A stretch of DNA of 56,603 nt, from positions 1-56,603 of the forward strand of contig CAZFXQ010000001.1 in NCBI GenBank assembly GCA_964523265.1, given 5' to 3'. Each line of letters starts with the position of its first letter. The first letter of the stretch is position 1. A model generated the notes under the pieces. It did not search any database. It worked only from the letters and a program-made list of their open reading frames with translations, and was not told where the DNA came from. The stretch comes from an uncultured Muribaculaceae bacterium (GTDB taxonomy: Bacteria; Bacillota_I; Bacilli_A; RF39; UBA660). The position numbers and the translations under genes are program-made. Below, in pieces: positions 47,372 through 55,749 of the stretch.

Positions 47372-47836
47372 TTATTTCTCCTCTAATACTTTACAAAAAT
47401 CCATTTCAAATATTTTAGATATATCATTTGTTCCAATGCCAAGATATGGATCAAGTAAGTTATCATTGTCAATCCAATTTTTTCTATCTTTTGCATTTAA
47501 ACTTTTAAAATCAGTTGTGTTCATTATGTCAGTATCATTATAAGTTGCATATACACCATATTTATATTTGCCATTTTTTCTAAAAATAAATATTTCTAAA
47601 TCACTAATTTCACTAGGTAACTTATAATTATCATTGCTGGAGCGATACCAACAATCATTCGTTCCTTCAATATTAATGTTACCTACTGAATCAACAATAG
47701 TATTAATACTATAATATAATTTTTTTGTTTTACTTTCCTTTATTATTTTTGATATGTTTGGTAGTGCTATTACAGTTAATATACCCAAAATCATAATTAT
47801 TGCTATAAGTTCTATTAGTGTAAACCCTTTTCTCAT
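47372..47836 (-). CDS. Prepilin-type N-terminal cleavage/methylation domain protein (type IV pilin or pseudopilin-like, ~154 aa)
   Basis: MRKGFTLIELIAIIMILGILTVIALPN is a class III signal: short basic leader, G|F cleavage site and Glu at +5. The ATG at 47836 lies 9 nt after GAGGAG. Alternative starts are at 47845 and 47875. Its stop lies 2 nt before the hydrolase start. Confidence 0.8.
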   Translation of the reverse strand: MRKGFTLIELIAIIMILGILTVIALPNISKIIKESKTKKLYYSINTIVDSVGNINIEGTNDCWYRSSNDNYKLPSEISDLEIFIFRKNGKYKYGVYATYNDTDIMNTTDFKSLNAKDRKNWIDNDNLLDPYLGIGTNDISKIFEMDFCKVLEEK

Positions 47837-47980
47837 TTTACTCATCTCCTCTATAATACAAATATATAATAACATATGATTAATGTATTTGTCAGCTTAA
47901 AAGTTAAGAAAGATTATTTATTGCATAAATAAATAGCTTTTTTTTTTGTTTTATATTATACTTATGATAGGTGATGATAT

Positions 47981-48727
47981 TTGAAAGCAATGATTACTGG
48001 TGCATCAAGTGGTATCGGTCGTGATATAGCAGTTAACTTAAGTAATAGAGGTTATGATTTAGTGATTGTGGCCCGGGATAAAAATGGCCTTTTAGAAACT
48101 AAAAAGTTATGTAAGACAACTGTTATTGTTGAATCAGTAGATTTGTCTGATACTGATAACTGTATAAAATTATTTAATAAGTATAAAGATATTAATATAC
48201 TAGTTAATAATGCAGGTTTTGGCCTTTTTGGTGGATTTGATGAAACAGATTTAGATAAAGAATTAAATATGATAGATTTAAATATTAAAGCGTTACATAT
48301 ATTAACTAAATTATATTTAAAAGAGATGATAAAAAAAGATAGTGGATACATACTTAATGTAGCATCTATTGCGGCTTTTTTGCCAGGACCTTTACTCAAC
48401 ACATATTATTCCACTAAATCTTATGTAATACGCCTTACAACAGCTTTATATGAGGAATTAAGAAGGAAGAATTCAAATGTTAAAGTATCTGTTTTATGCC
48501 CAGGACCAGTTAATACTAATTTTAATAATGTTGCAAATGTTACTTTTGCACTTAAGGGTATGGAAAGTAAGTATGTTGCAGATTACGCTATAAGTAAAAT
48601 GTTTAAGAATAAATTAATTATAATACCAGGATTTATGAATAAATTGGGTGTATTTATGTGTCGTTTTGCACCAATTAAAACGCTACTTAAAATAGTTTAT
48701 AATACACAAAGAAAAAAAGGAGATTAA
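47981..48727 (+). CDS. Short-chain dehydrogenase/reductase (classical SDR)
   Basis: ITGASSGIGRD, NNAG, and the catalytic S...YYSTK are present. The TTG start at 47981 follows GGTGA. The ATG at 47990 is an alternative start. Confidence 0.85.
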   Translation: MKAMITGASSGIGRDIAVNLSNRGYDLVIVARDKNGLLETKKLCKTTVIVESVDLSDTDNCIKLFNKYKDINILVNNAGFGLFGGFDETDLDKELNMIDLNIKALHILTKLYLKEMIKKDSGYILNVASIAAFLPGPLLNTYYSTKSYVIRLTTALYEELRRKNSNVKVSVLCPGPVNTNFNNVANVTFALKGMESKYVADYAISKMFKNKLIIIPGFMNKLGVFMCRFAPIKTLLKIVYNTQRKKGD

Positions 48728-48731
48728 TATT

Positions 48732-49172
48732 ATGAAGAAAAAAGGATTTACTTTAATAGAAATTTTAGCAGTAATTATTATATTAGCGTTATTAAGTGGA
48801 ATAGCAACTTTAACTGCAGGAAGAATACTAAAAAATTCTAGAAAGAAAGAAGCTATTAAGCAAGAAGAAATATTAACATCATTAGGTGAGACAATATATA
48901 CGCATGAAAGAATTTCAGGTGGTAGTACTAGTGTTTTTAAAAATAAAGTTAAGAATAATGAATCATTTTACATAGAAATTAATGATTTAAAAAAAGCTGG
49001 CTATTTAGAAGGTGATATAGAAAATCCTAATGGAGATGGTGTATGTGATGGCACTTTAGAATATAAAGATAAAGAATTTAAAGGTTATATAAGTTGTCCT
49101 AATGTATATGAAAAAACTCTTCCGAAAAATGGCGATAAATTAGAATGGAATGTTGATCATTGGGAAGAGTAG
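48732..49172 (+). CDS. Prepilin-type N-terminal cleavage/methylation domain protein (type IV pilin or pseudopilin-like, 146 aa)
   Basis: MKKKGFTLIEILAVIIILALLSG is a class III signal. A C-terminal Cys pair (CDGTLEYKDKEFKGYISC) resembles a pilin disulfide loop. The gene starts 4 nt after the SDR stop, and its RBS AAGGAG lies inside the end of the SDR gene. Confidence 0.8.
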   Translation: MKKKGFTLIEILAVIIILALLSGIATLTAGRILKNSRKKEAIKQEEILTSLGETIYTHERISGGSTSVFKNKVKNNESFYIEINDLKKAGYLEGDIENPNGDGVCDGTLEYKDKEFKGYISCPNVYEKTLPKNGDKLEWNVDHWEE

Positions 49173-49205
49173 AATAAAATTGACATAATTATATTATTTT
49201 AGTAT

Positions 49206-49230
49206 AAAAAGCTTACAGTAGCTTTTTTTT
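49206..49230 (+). terminator. Rho-independent terminator
   Basis: AAAAAGCT (49206-49213) pairs with AGCTTTTT (49220-49227), followed by a T-run. TGGTAAAAT (49238-49246) follows as the likely ecf -10 element. Confidence 0.6.
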
Positions 49231-49280
49231 CTTATTTATGGTAAAATATCCTCTTAAATATTAAAAAAGGAAGTGAAGTC

Positions 49281-50090
49281 ATGAACAATATAATAGAAAT
49301 TAAGAATTTAAGTTTCAGATATAAAAATAAATTTATATTTGATGATTTCACTATGGATATAAAAAGAGGAACTTGGGTTACTGTTGCAGGAGCTAATGGA
49401 GCGGGTAAAACTACATTAGTTAAGATATTAGCTGGTCTTGAAAAAAGTTATTCAAGTATAAAGATACTTAATACAGATTTAAATAAGAAAAATTTATTTG
49501 GTATTAGAAAAGAAGTTGGGTTTGTTTTTGATAATCCGGATGCTTTCTTTGCATGTGAAACAGTTGAAGATGAACTTGCTTTTTCTTTAGAAAATTTAGC
49601 TGTTGCACCATCAACTATAAAGAAAAAAATAACAGAAATTTCAAAGTTGCTCAAGTTAGATGGTTTATTAAAACAAAATCCATCATTACTATCGGGAGGG
49701 GAAAAACAAAAGGTTCAACTTGGGTGTGCTTTAATGCTAGAACCAAGAATTCTTATTTTAGATGAAGCGTTAATGATGATTGATATAAATGAGAAAGAAG
49801 AATTATTTAAATTACTAAAAGATTATTGCACTAAAAAAAGAGTAACAATATTATCATTTACTTATAATTTGGATGAGGCATTTTATTCAGATAGATTGGT
49901 CGTTTTAAATAATGGTAAAATAATAGTTGATGGTCCTTTTCCTAATGTTTTTGAAGAGGAAAACGTGATGCGTAAAATAGGACTTGAGGTACCTTTTTCA
50001 GTTGAATTATCTAGAAAATTAAACCTTTACAATTTAACTAATAAAGTTCATTTAAACATAAAGGGGGTTGTTGATGAATTATGGAAGTAG
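49281..50090 (+). CDS. ecfA1: Energy-coupling factor (ECF) transporter ATPase subunit A1
   Basis: Walker A GANGAGKTT, signature LSGGEKQK, and Walker B ILILDEA. The ecfA1-ecfA2-ecfT-truA order is conserved. Confidence 0.9.
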   Translation: MNNIIEIKNLSFRYKNKFIFDDFTMDIKRGTWVTVAGANGAGKTTLVKILAGLEKSYSSIKILNTDLNKKNLFGIRKEVGFVFDNPDAFFACETVEDELAFSLENLAVAPSTIKKKITEISKLLKLDGLLKQNPSLLSGGEKQKVQLGCALMLEPRILILDEALMMIDINEKEELFKLLKDYCTKKRVTILSFTYNLDEAFYSDRLVVLNNGKIIVDGPFPNVFEEENVMRKIGLEVPFSVELSRKLNLYNLTNKVHLNIKGVVDELWK

Positions 50091-50941
50091 TATTTAATAA
50101 TGTAAGTTATTCATATAACAAGGGACTATTTAATGAGAAAGTTGCTTTAAAAGATATTAATTTGGATTTAAGGAGCAATAGTATTCATGGAATAATTGGT
50201 CCGATTGGAAGTGGTAAATCAACCCTTTTAGAACTCATGAATGGAATTACAAGGCCAGATTGTGGCACAATATCAATAGGTAATTATGATTTAAACAAAA
50301 GAAATTTTAAATTTAATGATTTTAGATATGATGTTGGTTTAGTATTTCAGTTTCCAGAAAAGCAGTTTTTTTGTAAGACAGTAGCAGAAGAAGTAGCTTT
50401 TTCAAAGAAAATTTTAGATAAAAAAGATAAAAGTATTAAAGCAAAAGTAGTTAAAGTTTTAAAAATGGTTGGGTTGGATGAATCTTATTTAAAAAGAAGC
50501 CCATTTAATTTAGATGGTGGAGAAAAAAGAAGAGTTGCTATAGCTTCTGTTCTTATCTCAAACCCTAAATTATTGATTTTAGATGAACCAACGATTGGAC
50601 TTGATAATAAAAGCAAAAAGAGATTGGTTAGATTACTTAAAACACTAAAAGAAAAATACTTAAAAACAATTATTATTGTTACTCATGATGTTGATATGTT
50701 ATATGACATTGTTGACAACGTTATTGTTTTAAATGATGGCCATGTTGTAAAAACCGGTAACAAAATTAATGTGTTTTCTGATGTTGAGTTATTAGATAAA
50801 AATAATACACCAGTCCCTAATATAATAAGAGTAGAAAAATTAATATATGACAAATTGAAAGTTGATTTAGGATATTGTAAAAACATAAATGATTTAGTTA
50901 AAAAAATTGCTAATTTAAAAGAAGGTGATAATTATGAATAA
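50081..50941 (+). CDS. ecfA2: Energy-coupling factor (ECF) transporter ATPase subunit A2
   Basis: Walker A GPIGSGKST, signature LDGGEKRR, and Walker B LLILDEPT. Confidence 0.9.
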   Translation: MEVVFNNVSYSYNKGLFNEKVALKDINLDLRSNSIHGIIGPIGSGKSTLLELMNGITRPDCGTISIGNYDLNKRNFKFNDFRYDVGLVFQFPEKQFFCKTVAEEVAFSKKILDKKDKSIKAKVVKVLKMVGLDESYLKRSPFNLDGGEKRRVAIASVLISNPKLLILDEPTIGLDNKSKKRLVRLLKTLKEKYLKTIIIVTHDVDMLYDIVDNVIVLNDGHVVKTGNKINVFSDVELLDKNNTPVPNIIRVEKLIYDKLKVDLGYCKNINDLVKKIANLKEGDNYE

Positions 50942-51677
50942 TAATTATCATATCTTAATGTATATGAATGAGGATTCTAAAATTCACAGGATGAATTCAA
51001 AAATGAAGATACTATGTTTTTTGCTATCACTTTTAATATCAATTATATCAATAGATTATATATCTGTTTTGTTGTATTATGCATTTATATATTTTATTAT
51101 GTTTAAGAGTAATATTAAACTTAATTATTATTTGTATAGCTTATTTATAATTTGGCCAGTTTATATTGTTATATTTTTGTTTTCATATTTTATTTCATCT
51201 AGTGTACTTTTAAGCTTGTTATTTGTTTTAAAGTTTATTTTAATAATTCTTTCATTTGTTATACTAACAGGAACTACATCACTTTCTGAAATAGCTTGGG
51301 GCTTTGAATGTTTATTTGAAAAATTAAAAAAGATAAAAATTCCAGTTTCTAAAATTGCTTTAAAAATAGCAATGCTAATAAAATTTGTTTCAACTTTATT
51401 TAATCAGGGTAAGCAAATAAGAAAATCAATGGCATATAGAGGGATTCCACTGAGTGAAAGTAAGATTAAAGTATTATTTAAAATGTTTTTTCCAGTTATA
51501 AATTTATCATATAAATTATCAAACAGAACTATTTCAACTATGAAATTAAGGTTTTATGGTAGTACCAAAAGAAGGACTAATTATCACGAAAATAAAAAAA
51601 CTAAGTTTGATAAATTGTTAATTTTGATAAATTTAGTATTTATTTATGTTTCAGTCATTATTGGGTGGATATTATGA
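50934..51677 (+). CDS. ecfT: Energy-coupling factor (ECF) transporter transmembrane subunit T
   Basis: YMNEDSKIHRMNSKMKIL... is a typical EcfT N-terminus. The product is polytopic. The ATG at 50934 follows GAAGGTGA. Confidence 0.85.
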   Translation: MNNNYHILMYMNEDSKIHRMNSKMKILCFLLSLLISIISIDYISVLLYYAFIYFIMFKSNIKLNYYLYSLFIIWPVYIVIFLFSYFISSSVLLSLLFVLKFILIILSFVILTGTTSLSEIAWGFECLFEKLKKIKIPVSKIALKIAMLIKFVSTLFNQGKQIRKSMAYRGIPLSESKIKVLFKMFFPVINLSYKLSNRTISTMKLRFYGSTKRRTNYHENKKTKFDKLLILINLVFIYVSVIIGWIL

Positions 51678-52402
51678 GGTTTTTAATTGATTTTTCATAC
51701 TCTGGGAAGTGGTTTAAAGGCTATCAAAAACAAAAAAACTTGAGAACTGTTCAAGCTGAATTAGAAAAAGTACTAACTATGATTAATGATGGTAAATATG
51801 TTAAAGTAATATCTTCTGGTAGAACTGATGCAAAGGTAAATGCACTTCATCAAATTGCACATTTTGATTTAGATTTAAAAGTAACAGCATACAAATTAAA
51901 AGGCGCTTTAAATAGTTATTTGCCAGAAGATATATATATAAATAATGTAAAAATTATATCAAGTGATTTTCACGCTAGATATTTAGTTAAAAAGAAAACG
52001 TATCAGTATAAGATTAATGTCGGGCGTTATAATCCTTTAGAAAACGGTTTTATTTATCAATATGGAAAATCACTGGATCTAAAACAAATGAAAAAATGTA
52101 TTAAACAATTTGTAGGCACTTATGATTTTACTACATTTGCATCTAGTGATGATAGAAACGAAAATAAAGTAAGAACAATTTATGCTGCAGACGTAAAAAA
52201 AGAAAATGATATTATTACCATTTCCTTTACCGGTTCAGGTTTTTTAAAATATCAGGTAAGAAACATGGTTGGTCTTTTAATTAAATGTGGAAAAGAAGGT
52301 AAAAATATTGACGTGATAGACTTAATAAATAAAAAAGATAGAACAAAAATTGGTATAACAGCTCCTGCTAATGGCCTTACATTAGTTGAGGTTTGTTATT
52401 AA
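51674..52402 (+). CDS. truA: tRNA pseudouridine(38-40) synthase TruA
   Basis: MRFLIDFSYSGKWFKGYQKQ and the catalytic-Asp context SSGRTDAKVNALHQIAHFD are present. An ATGA overlap links it to ecfT. Confidence 0.92.
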   Translation: MRFLIDFSYSGKWFKGYQKQKNLRTVQAELEKVLTMINDGKYVKVISSGRTDAKVNALHQIAHFDLDLKVTAYKLKGALNSYLPEDIYINNVKIISSDFHARYLVKKKTYQYKINVGRYNPLENGFIYQYGKSLDLKQMKKCIKQFVGTYDFTTFASSDDRNENKVRTIYAADVKKENDIITISFTGSGFLKYQVRNMVGLLIKCGKEGKNIDVIDLINKKDRTKIGITAPANGLTLVEVCY

Positions 52403-52432
52403 AAAAAGTTTTCGTAATTTGAAAACTTTTTT
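52401..52432. terminator. Bidirectional hairpin terminator between truA and the convergent DUF378 gene
   Basis: AAAAGTTTTC (52404-52413) pairs with GAAAACTTTT (52421-52430). Confidence 0.65.
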
Positions 52433-52637
52433 ATTTTACTTCATCAATTAGATCGATTAGTGTTTTAATACTAATTATTCCACTTATACCTACTAATATA
52501 TAGACTATCTTTGATAATAAAGCATCAGGACCACCAAATAAAGTTGCAACTAAATCAAAATCAAATAATCCTATTAGTCCCCAATTAAGTGCACCTACAA
52601 TAATTAATATTAAAGTTACTATTTTTAATGTTTTCAT
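52431..52637 (-). CDS. DUF378-family small membrane protein
   Basis: The product is 68 aa. IVGALNWGLIGLFDFDLVATLFGG is the characteristic DUF378 motif. Confidence 0.8.
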   Translation of the reverse strand: MKTLKIVTLILIIVGALNWGLIGLFDFDLVATLFGGPDALLSKIVYILVGISGIISIKTLIDLIDEVK

Positions 52638-52745
52638 AAAATCCTCCTTTTATACTAATATGATAATCAAAAAATATATTTTTATACATGAATATTGTAA
52701 AAAAATATCCATATAATTAAATGAAAAAATAAAAGAGGTGAGATA

Positions 52746-53756
52746 ATGAAAAGAATTTTAAAATTAATATTTGTTTTTGCAATTATATTAATTGCTGTAG
52801 GCTGTGGAAAGGATGATAAAAAAACAGTTTTAAATAAATTTGATAAAAAAGTAAATAATACTAATGGATATCAAGTAGAAGCTGAAATGGAATTAATAAA
52901 TAATGATGATTCATATAAGTATGATGTTACTGTTTCTTATAAAAAGAATGATAATTATCGTGTTTCGCTTAGAAATAGAATAAATAATCACGAACAAATA
53001 ATTTTAAAAAATAAAGATGGTGTTTATGTTTTATCACCAAATTTGAACAAAAGTTTTAAATTTCAAAGTAGATGGCCATATGATAATTCTCAAAGTTATT
53101 TAATTGGATCTGTTTTAAATGATTTGAAGAACGATCCTAATACTAGTATGAAAAAAATAAATAATAATTATGTATTTAAAAGCACAGTTAATTATAAGAA
53201 TAATAGTAATTTAAAATATCAGAAGGTAATAGTTGATAAGAATTATAACATAAAAGAAGTTATAGTTTATGATAATGAAGATAAAAAACAAATTATTGTA
53301 AAATATAACATTGTTGATATGAAAGCCAAATTTAATGATAATTATTTTGATTTAGATGAAAATATGAATAGTAATATAAGTGATGAAGAAGAGGAAGATA
53401 AGGATACTATAAATGAATTAGAAAGTGCTATATATCCAATGTATTTGCCAGATGGAACGTATTTAGATACAGAAAAAACAGTAAAAAAGGATAATGGGTC
53501 AAGAATCATATTAACTTTCTCTGGCACATCACCATTTATGCTTATTGAAGAAAATGCTGTTCGCGAAAATGAAATGACTACAGTACCAACAAGTGGTGAT
53601 ATTGATTTATTTGCTTCTGGTATCATGATAATAGATGATACATCAGTAAGTTTTATAAATGATAATATTGAATACTATTTAGTTTCATCAGAAATATCAT
53701 CTAATGAGCTGATAAATGTTGCAAAATCTATGTATGTAATGCCTGTTAGTAAATAA
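52746..53756 (+). CDS. Lipoprotein with LolA-like N-terminal fold and DUF4367-like C-terminal domain (YdcC-like)
   Basis: - The lipobox LIAVGC follows a signal peptide.
- The pattern Y.VEAEMEL...YKYDVTVSYKKNDNYRVSL...QIILKNKDGVYVLSP resembles the LolA/YdcC family.
- C-terminal YPMYLPDGTYL...ILTFSG...MLIEE. Confidence 0.6.
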   Translation: MKRILKLIFVFAIILIAVGCGKDDKKTVLNKFDKKVNNTNGYQVEAEMELINNDDSYKYDVTVSYKKNDNYRVSLRNRINNHEQIILKNKDGVYVLSPNLNKSFKFQSRWPYDNSQSYLIGSVLNDLKNDPNTSMKKINNNYVFKSTVNYKNNSNLKYQKVIVDKNYNIKEVIVYDNEDKKQIIVKYNIVDMKAKFNDNYFDLDENMNSNISDEEEEDKDTINELESAIYPMYLPDGTYLDTEKTVKKDNGSRIILTFSGTSPFMLIEENAVRENEMTTVPTSGDIDLFASGIMIIDDTSVSFINDNIEYYLVSSEISSNELINVAKSMYVMPVSK

Positions 53757-53803
53757 ATTGTAAAAATAAGTTAATTTATGTTATAATCTATTTGGTGATA
53801 TAA

Positions 53804-54262
53804 ATGAAGGAAGAAGTAAAAGAAGGAATAGTTTTAACTGTATCTATTTTAATTATAATAGGGTTTGTTTATTTTATAACAGCAACAATTAAAACTGGTG
53901 AAATTGGTAAAAATAAAACAACAACAACAAAAAGTAACGAAGTAACAAATATGTATGATAATATGATTATGGCGAAAGATACCTTTAGTAAGGAAGGGGA
54001 ATATATGGTTATATTCTTTTCTGAAAAAAATGCTAAAGATAGTATAAAGTCAATTATGAAATCCTATAGTGGTAGTACAAAGTTATATAAAGTTAATTTG
54101 GATGAGAAGGTAAATTCATATGTTTTATCTGGTGATGAAAATAGAAATGCAACAAATGCTGATGAATTAAAATTAAAAGATACAACACTAATTAAAATAA
54201 GTAATGGTATAATATCAGATTACATAACTGATAAGAAACAAATATTAGAGCAACTACAATAA
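53804..54262 (+). CDS. Membrane-anchored hypothetical protein (152 aa), possibly thioredoxin-fold without CxxC
   Basis: An N-terminal TM helix is present. The layout EYMVIFFSEKNAKDS...KLYKVNLDE...TTLIKISNG mimics a thioredoxin beta-alpha-beta...PT-x-x-x-x-G arrangement but contains no cysteines. The fold assignment is a weak inference. Confidence 0.45.
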   Translation: MKEEVKEGIVLTVSILIIIGFVYFITATIKTGEIGKNKTTTTKSNEVTNMYDNMIMAKDTFSKEGEYMVIFFSEKNAKDSIKSIMKSYSGSTKLYKVNLDEKVNSYVLSGDENRNATNADELKLKDTTLIKISNGIISDYITDKKQILEQLQ

Positions 54263-54277
54263 AAGTTGCTTTTTTTT
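54249..54277 (+). terminator. Rho-independent terminator
   Basis: AGCAACT (54249-54255) pairs with AGTTGCT (54264-54270), followed by TTTTTTT. Confidence 0.6.
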
Positions 54278-54360
54278 ATATTTTTTTTGCTTTTGATAAT
54301 CATAAGTGGTATACTTTATATTGTATATGATAGTATGTATTGAAAGGATGTCCGTTTATT

Positions 54361-55689
54361 ATGGTTAAGAAAAACGAAGAGAATAAAACAAAAGCAAAGA
54401 AAAGTGTAAGAAAAAAAGATAAAACAGAATTAAATAACAGTACTAAAGATAAAAATAATAAGTGTAGTTTGTTTTTAAAAAAACATTTACTAAAAAAGAT
54501 GAGTCTTAAAGGGTATGAAATACTTTCATTTTCTTTAATATTAGTTTTCGTAACAATTGCTTTTACATGTTTAGTAATGAATGAACTTAAAGAAGATAAT
54601 GGGACAGGTAAAACTTATAAGTATAAAGATAAAAATTTAAAAGAATTTGAAGAAGTTTACGATTTAATTAATGATTCTTATTATAAAGAAGTAAATAAAA
54701 AAGAGCTAATTGATGGTGCAATTAATGGAATGTTAGAATCACTTGATGATCCACATACGAGTTATTTTACTAAAGAGGAGACACAAAGCTTTAATGAAGT
54801 AATGAATGGTTCATATGAAGGGATTGGAGCAGAAATATCAATAAATAATGATGGCAAAATAATTGTTCATTCAGTGTTTAAAAATTCACCTGCATATAAA
54901 GAAGGTTTACAATTTAATGATATAATACTTGAGGTAAACGGAAAATCAACAGAAGGAATTACTACAACAGAAACTGTTGCTTTAATAAAAGATCCAAAAA
55001 AACCAACTGCTAATATAATAATTGAAAGAAATGGTCAAAGATTAGAGTTCAATATAAAAAAGGAAAAAGTTGTAATAGAATCAGTTGAGTCAGATACTTA
55101 TCAAAAAAATGGTAAGAATATAGGTTATGTACGAGTTAATAATTTTGCAAATAATACATATCAACAATTTAAAGAACACATTGAAGAACTTGAAAAAAAT
55201 AATATTGATAGTTTAATAATAGATGTTAGAGGAAATTCGGGCGGATATTTACATAGTGTTACTAGTATGCTTGACTTATTTATTTCTAAAAACAATATAA
55301 TATATCAAATAGAAGGCAGAAAAGATAAGCAAATATACAAAGCTGAATCTTATGATAAAAGACAATATCCAATTGCGGTTTTGATAAATAAGGCTAGTGC
55401 GTCAGCATCTGAAATACTTGCAATTTCATTGAATGAATCTTATGGTGCAATTATTGTAGGAACAGAATCTTATGGTAAAGGTACAGTTCAAGTTACAAAA
55501 GATTTATCTGGTGGTGCAATGATTAAGTATACAATTCAAAAATGGTTATCACCTAATGGTAACTGGATAAATGAAGTGGGTGTAAAGCCAACAATAGAAG
55601 TAGAATTATCAGAAGAATATTTACAAAATCCTATATTTGAAAATGATAATCAATTACAAAGAGCATTAGAAGAACTATCAAAAAAATAA
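54361..55689 (+). CDS. ctpA: Carboxy-terminal processing peptidase, S41 family, with PDZ domain
   Basis: A TM anchor and a PDZ region (GIGAEI...VHSVFKNSPAYKEGLQFNDIILEVNG) are present. The catalytic motifs are RGNSGGYL and INKASASASEILA. The start is ambiguous between the TTG at 54340 and the ATG at 54361. Confidence 0.85.
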   Translation: MVKKNEENKTKAKKSVRKKDKTELNNSTKDKNNKCSLFLKKHLLKKMSLKGYEILSFSLILVFVTIAFTCLVMNELKEDNGTGKTYKYKDKNLKEFEEVYDLINDSYYKEVNKKELIDGAINGMLESLDDPHTSYFTKEETQSFNEVMNGSYEGIGAEISINNDGKIIVHSVFKNSPAYKEGLQFNDIILEVNGKSTEGITTTETVALIKDPKKPTANIIIERNGQRLEFNIKKEKVVIESVESDTYQKNGKNIGYVRVNNFANNTYQQFKEHIEELEKNNIDSLIIDVRGNSGGYLHSVTSMLDLFISKNNIIYQIEGRKDKQIYKAESYDKRQYPIAVLINKASASASEILAISLNESYGAIIVGTESYGKGTVQVTKDLSGGAMIKYTIQKWLSPNGNWINEVGVKPTIEVELSEEYLQNPIFENDNQLQRALEELSKK

Positions 55690-55690
55690 A

Positions 55691-55711
55691 AGCAACCTTG
55701 GGTTGTTTTTT
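55691..55711 (+). terminator. Rho-independent terminator
   Basis: CAACC (55693-55697) pairs with GGTTG (55701-55705), followed by TTTTTT. Confidence 0.55.
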
Positions 55712-55749
55712 ATTTGAAAAAGGTATAAGATTATCTTGTGGTGATATTT

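Noticed and set aside
47914-47932. An inverted repeat TTATTTAT-TGC-ATAAATAA in the divergent pilin/SDR intergenic region, considered as a possible operator.
   Set aside because: Apart from the 3-nt centre it is made only of A and T. Such 8-mers are expected by chance in this composition, and there is no supporting second site.
49180-49208. A promoter-like TTGACA, 17 nt spacer and TATAAA directly after the second pilin gene.
   Set aside because: The predicted start would fall inside the terminator hairpin at 49206-49227, with no downstream ORF before it. It is most likely a chance match in AT-rich DNA.
44179-49280. Calling the rplQ-ecfA1 insertion a mobile element or genomic island.
   Set aside because: No integrase, transposase, recombinase, tRNA target or flanking direct or inverted repeats are visible. 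Base composition looks similar to the flanks by eye. It is reported as a synteny insertion only.
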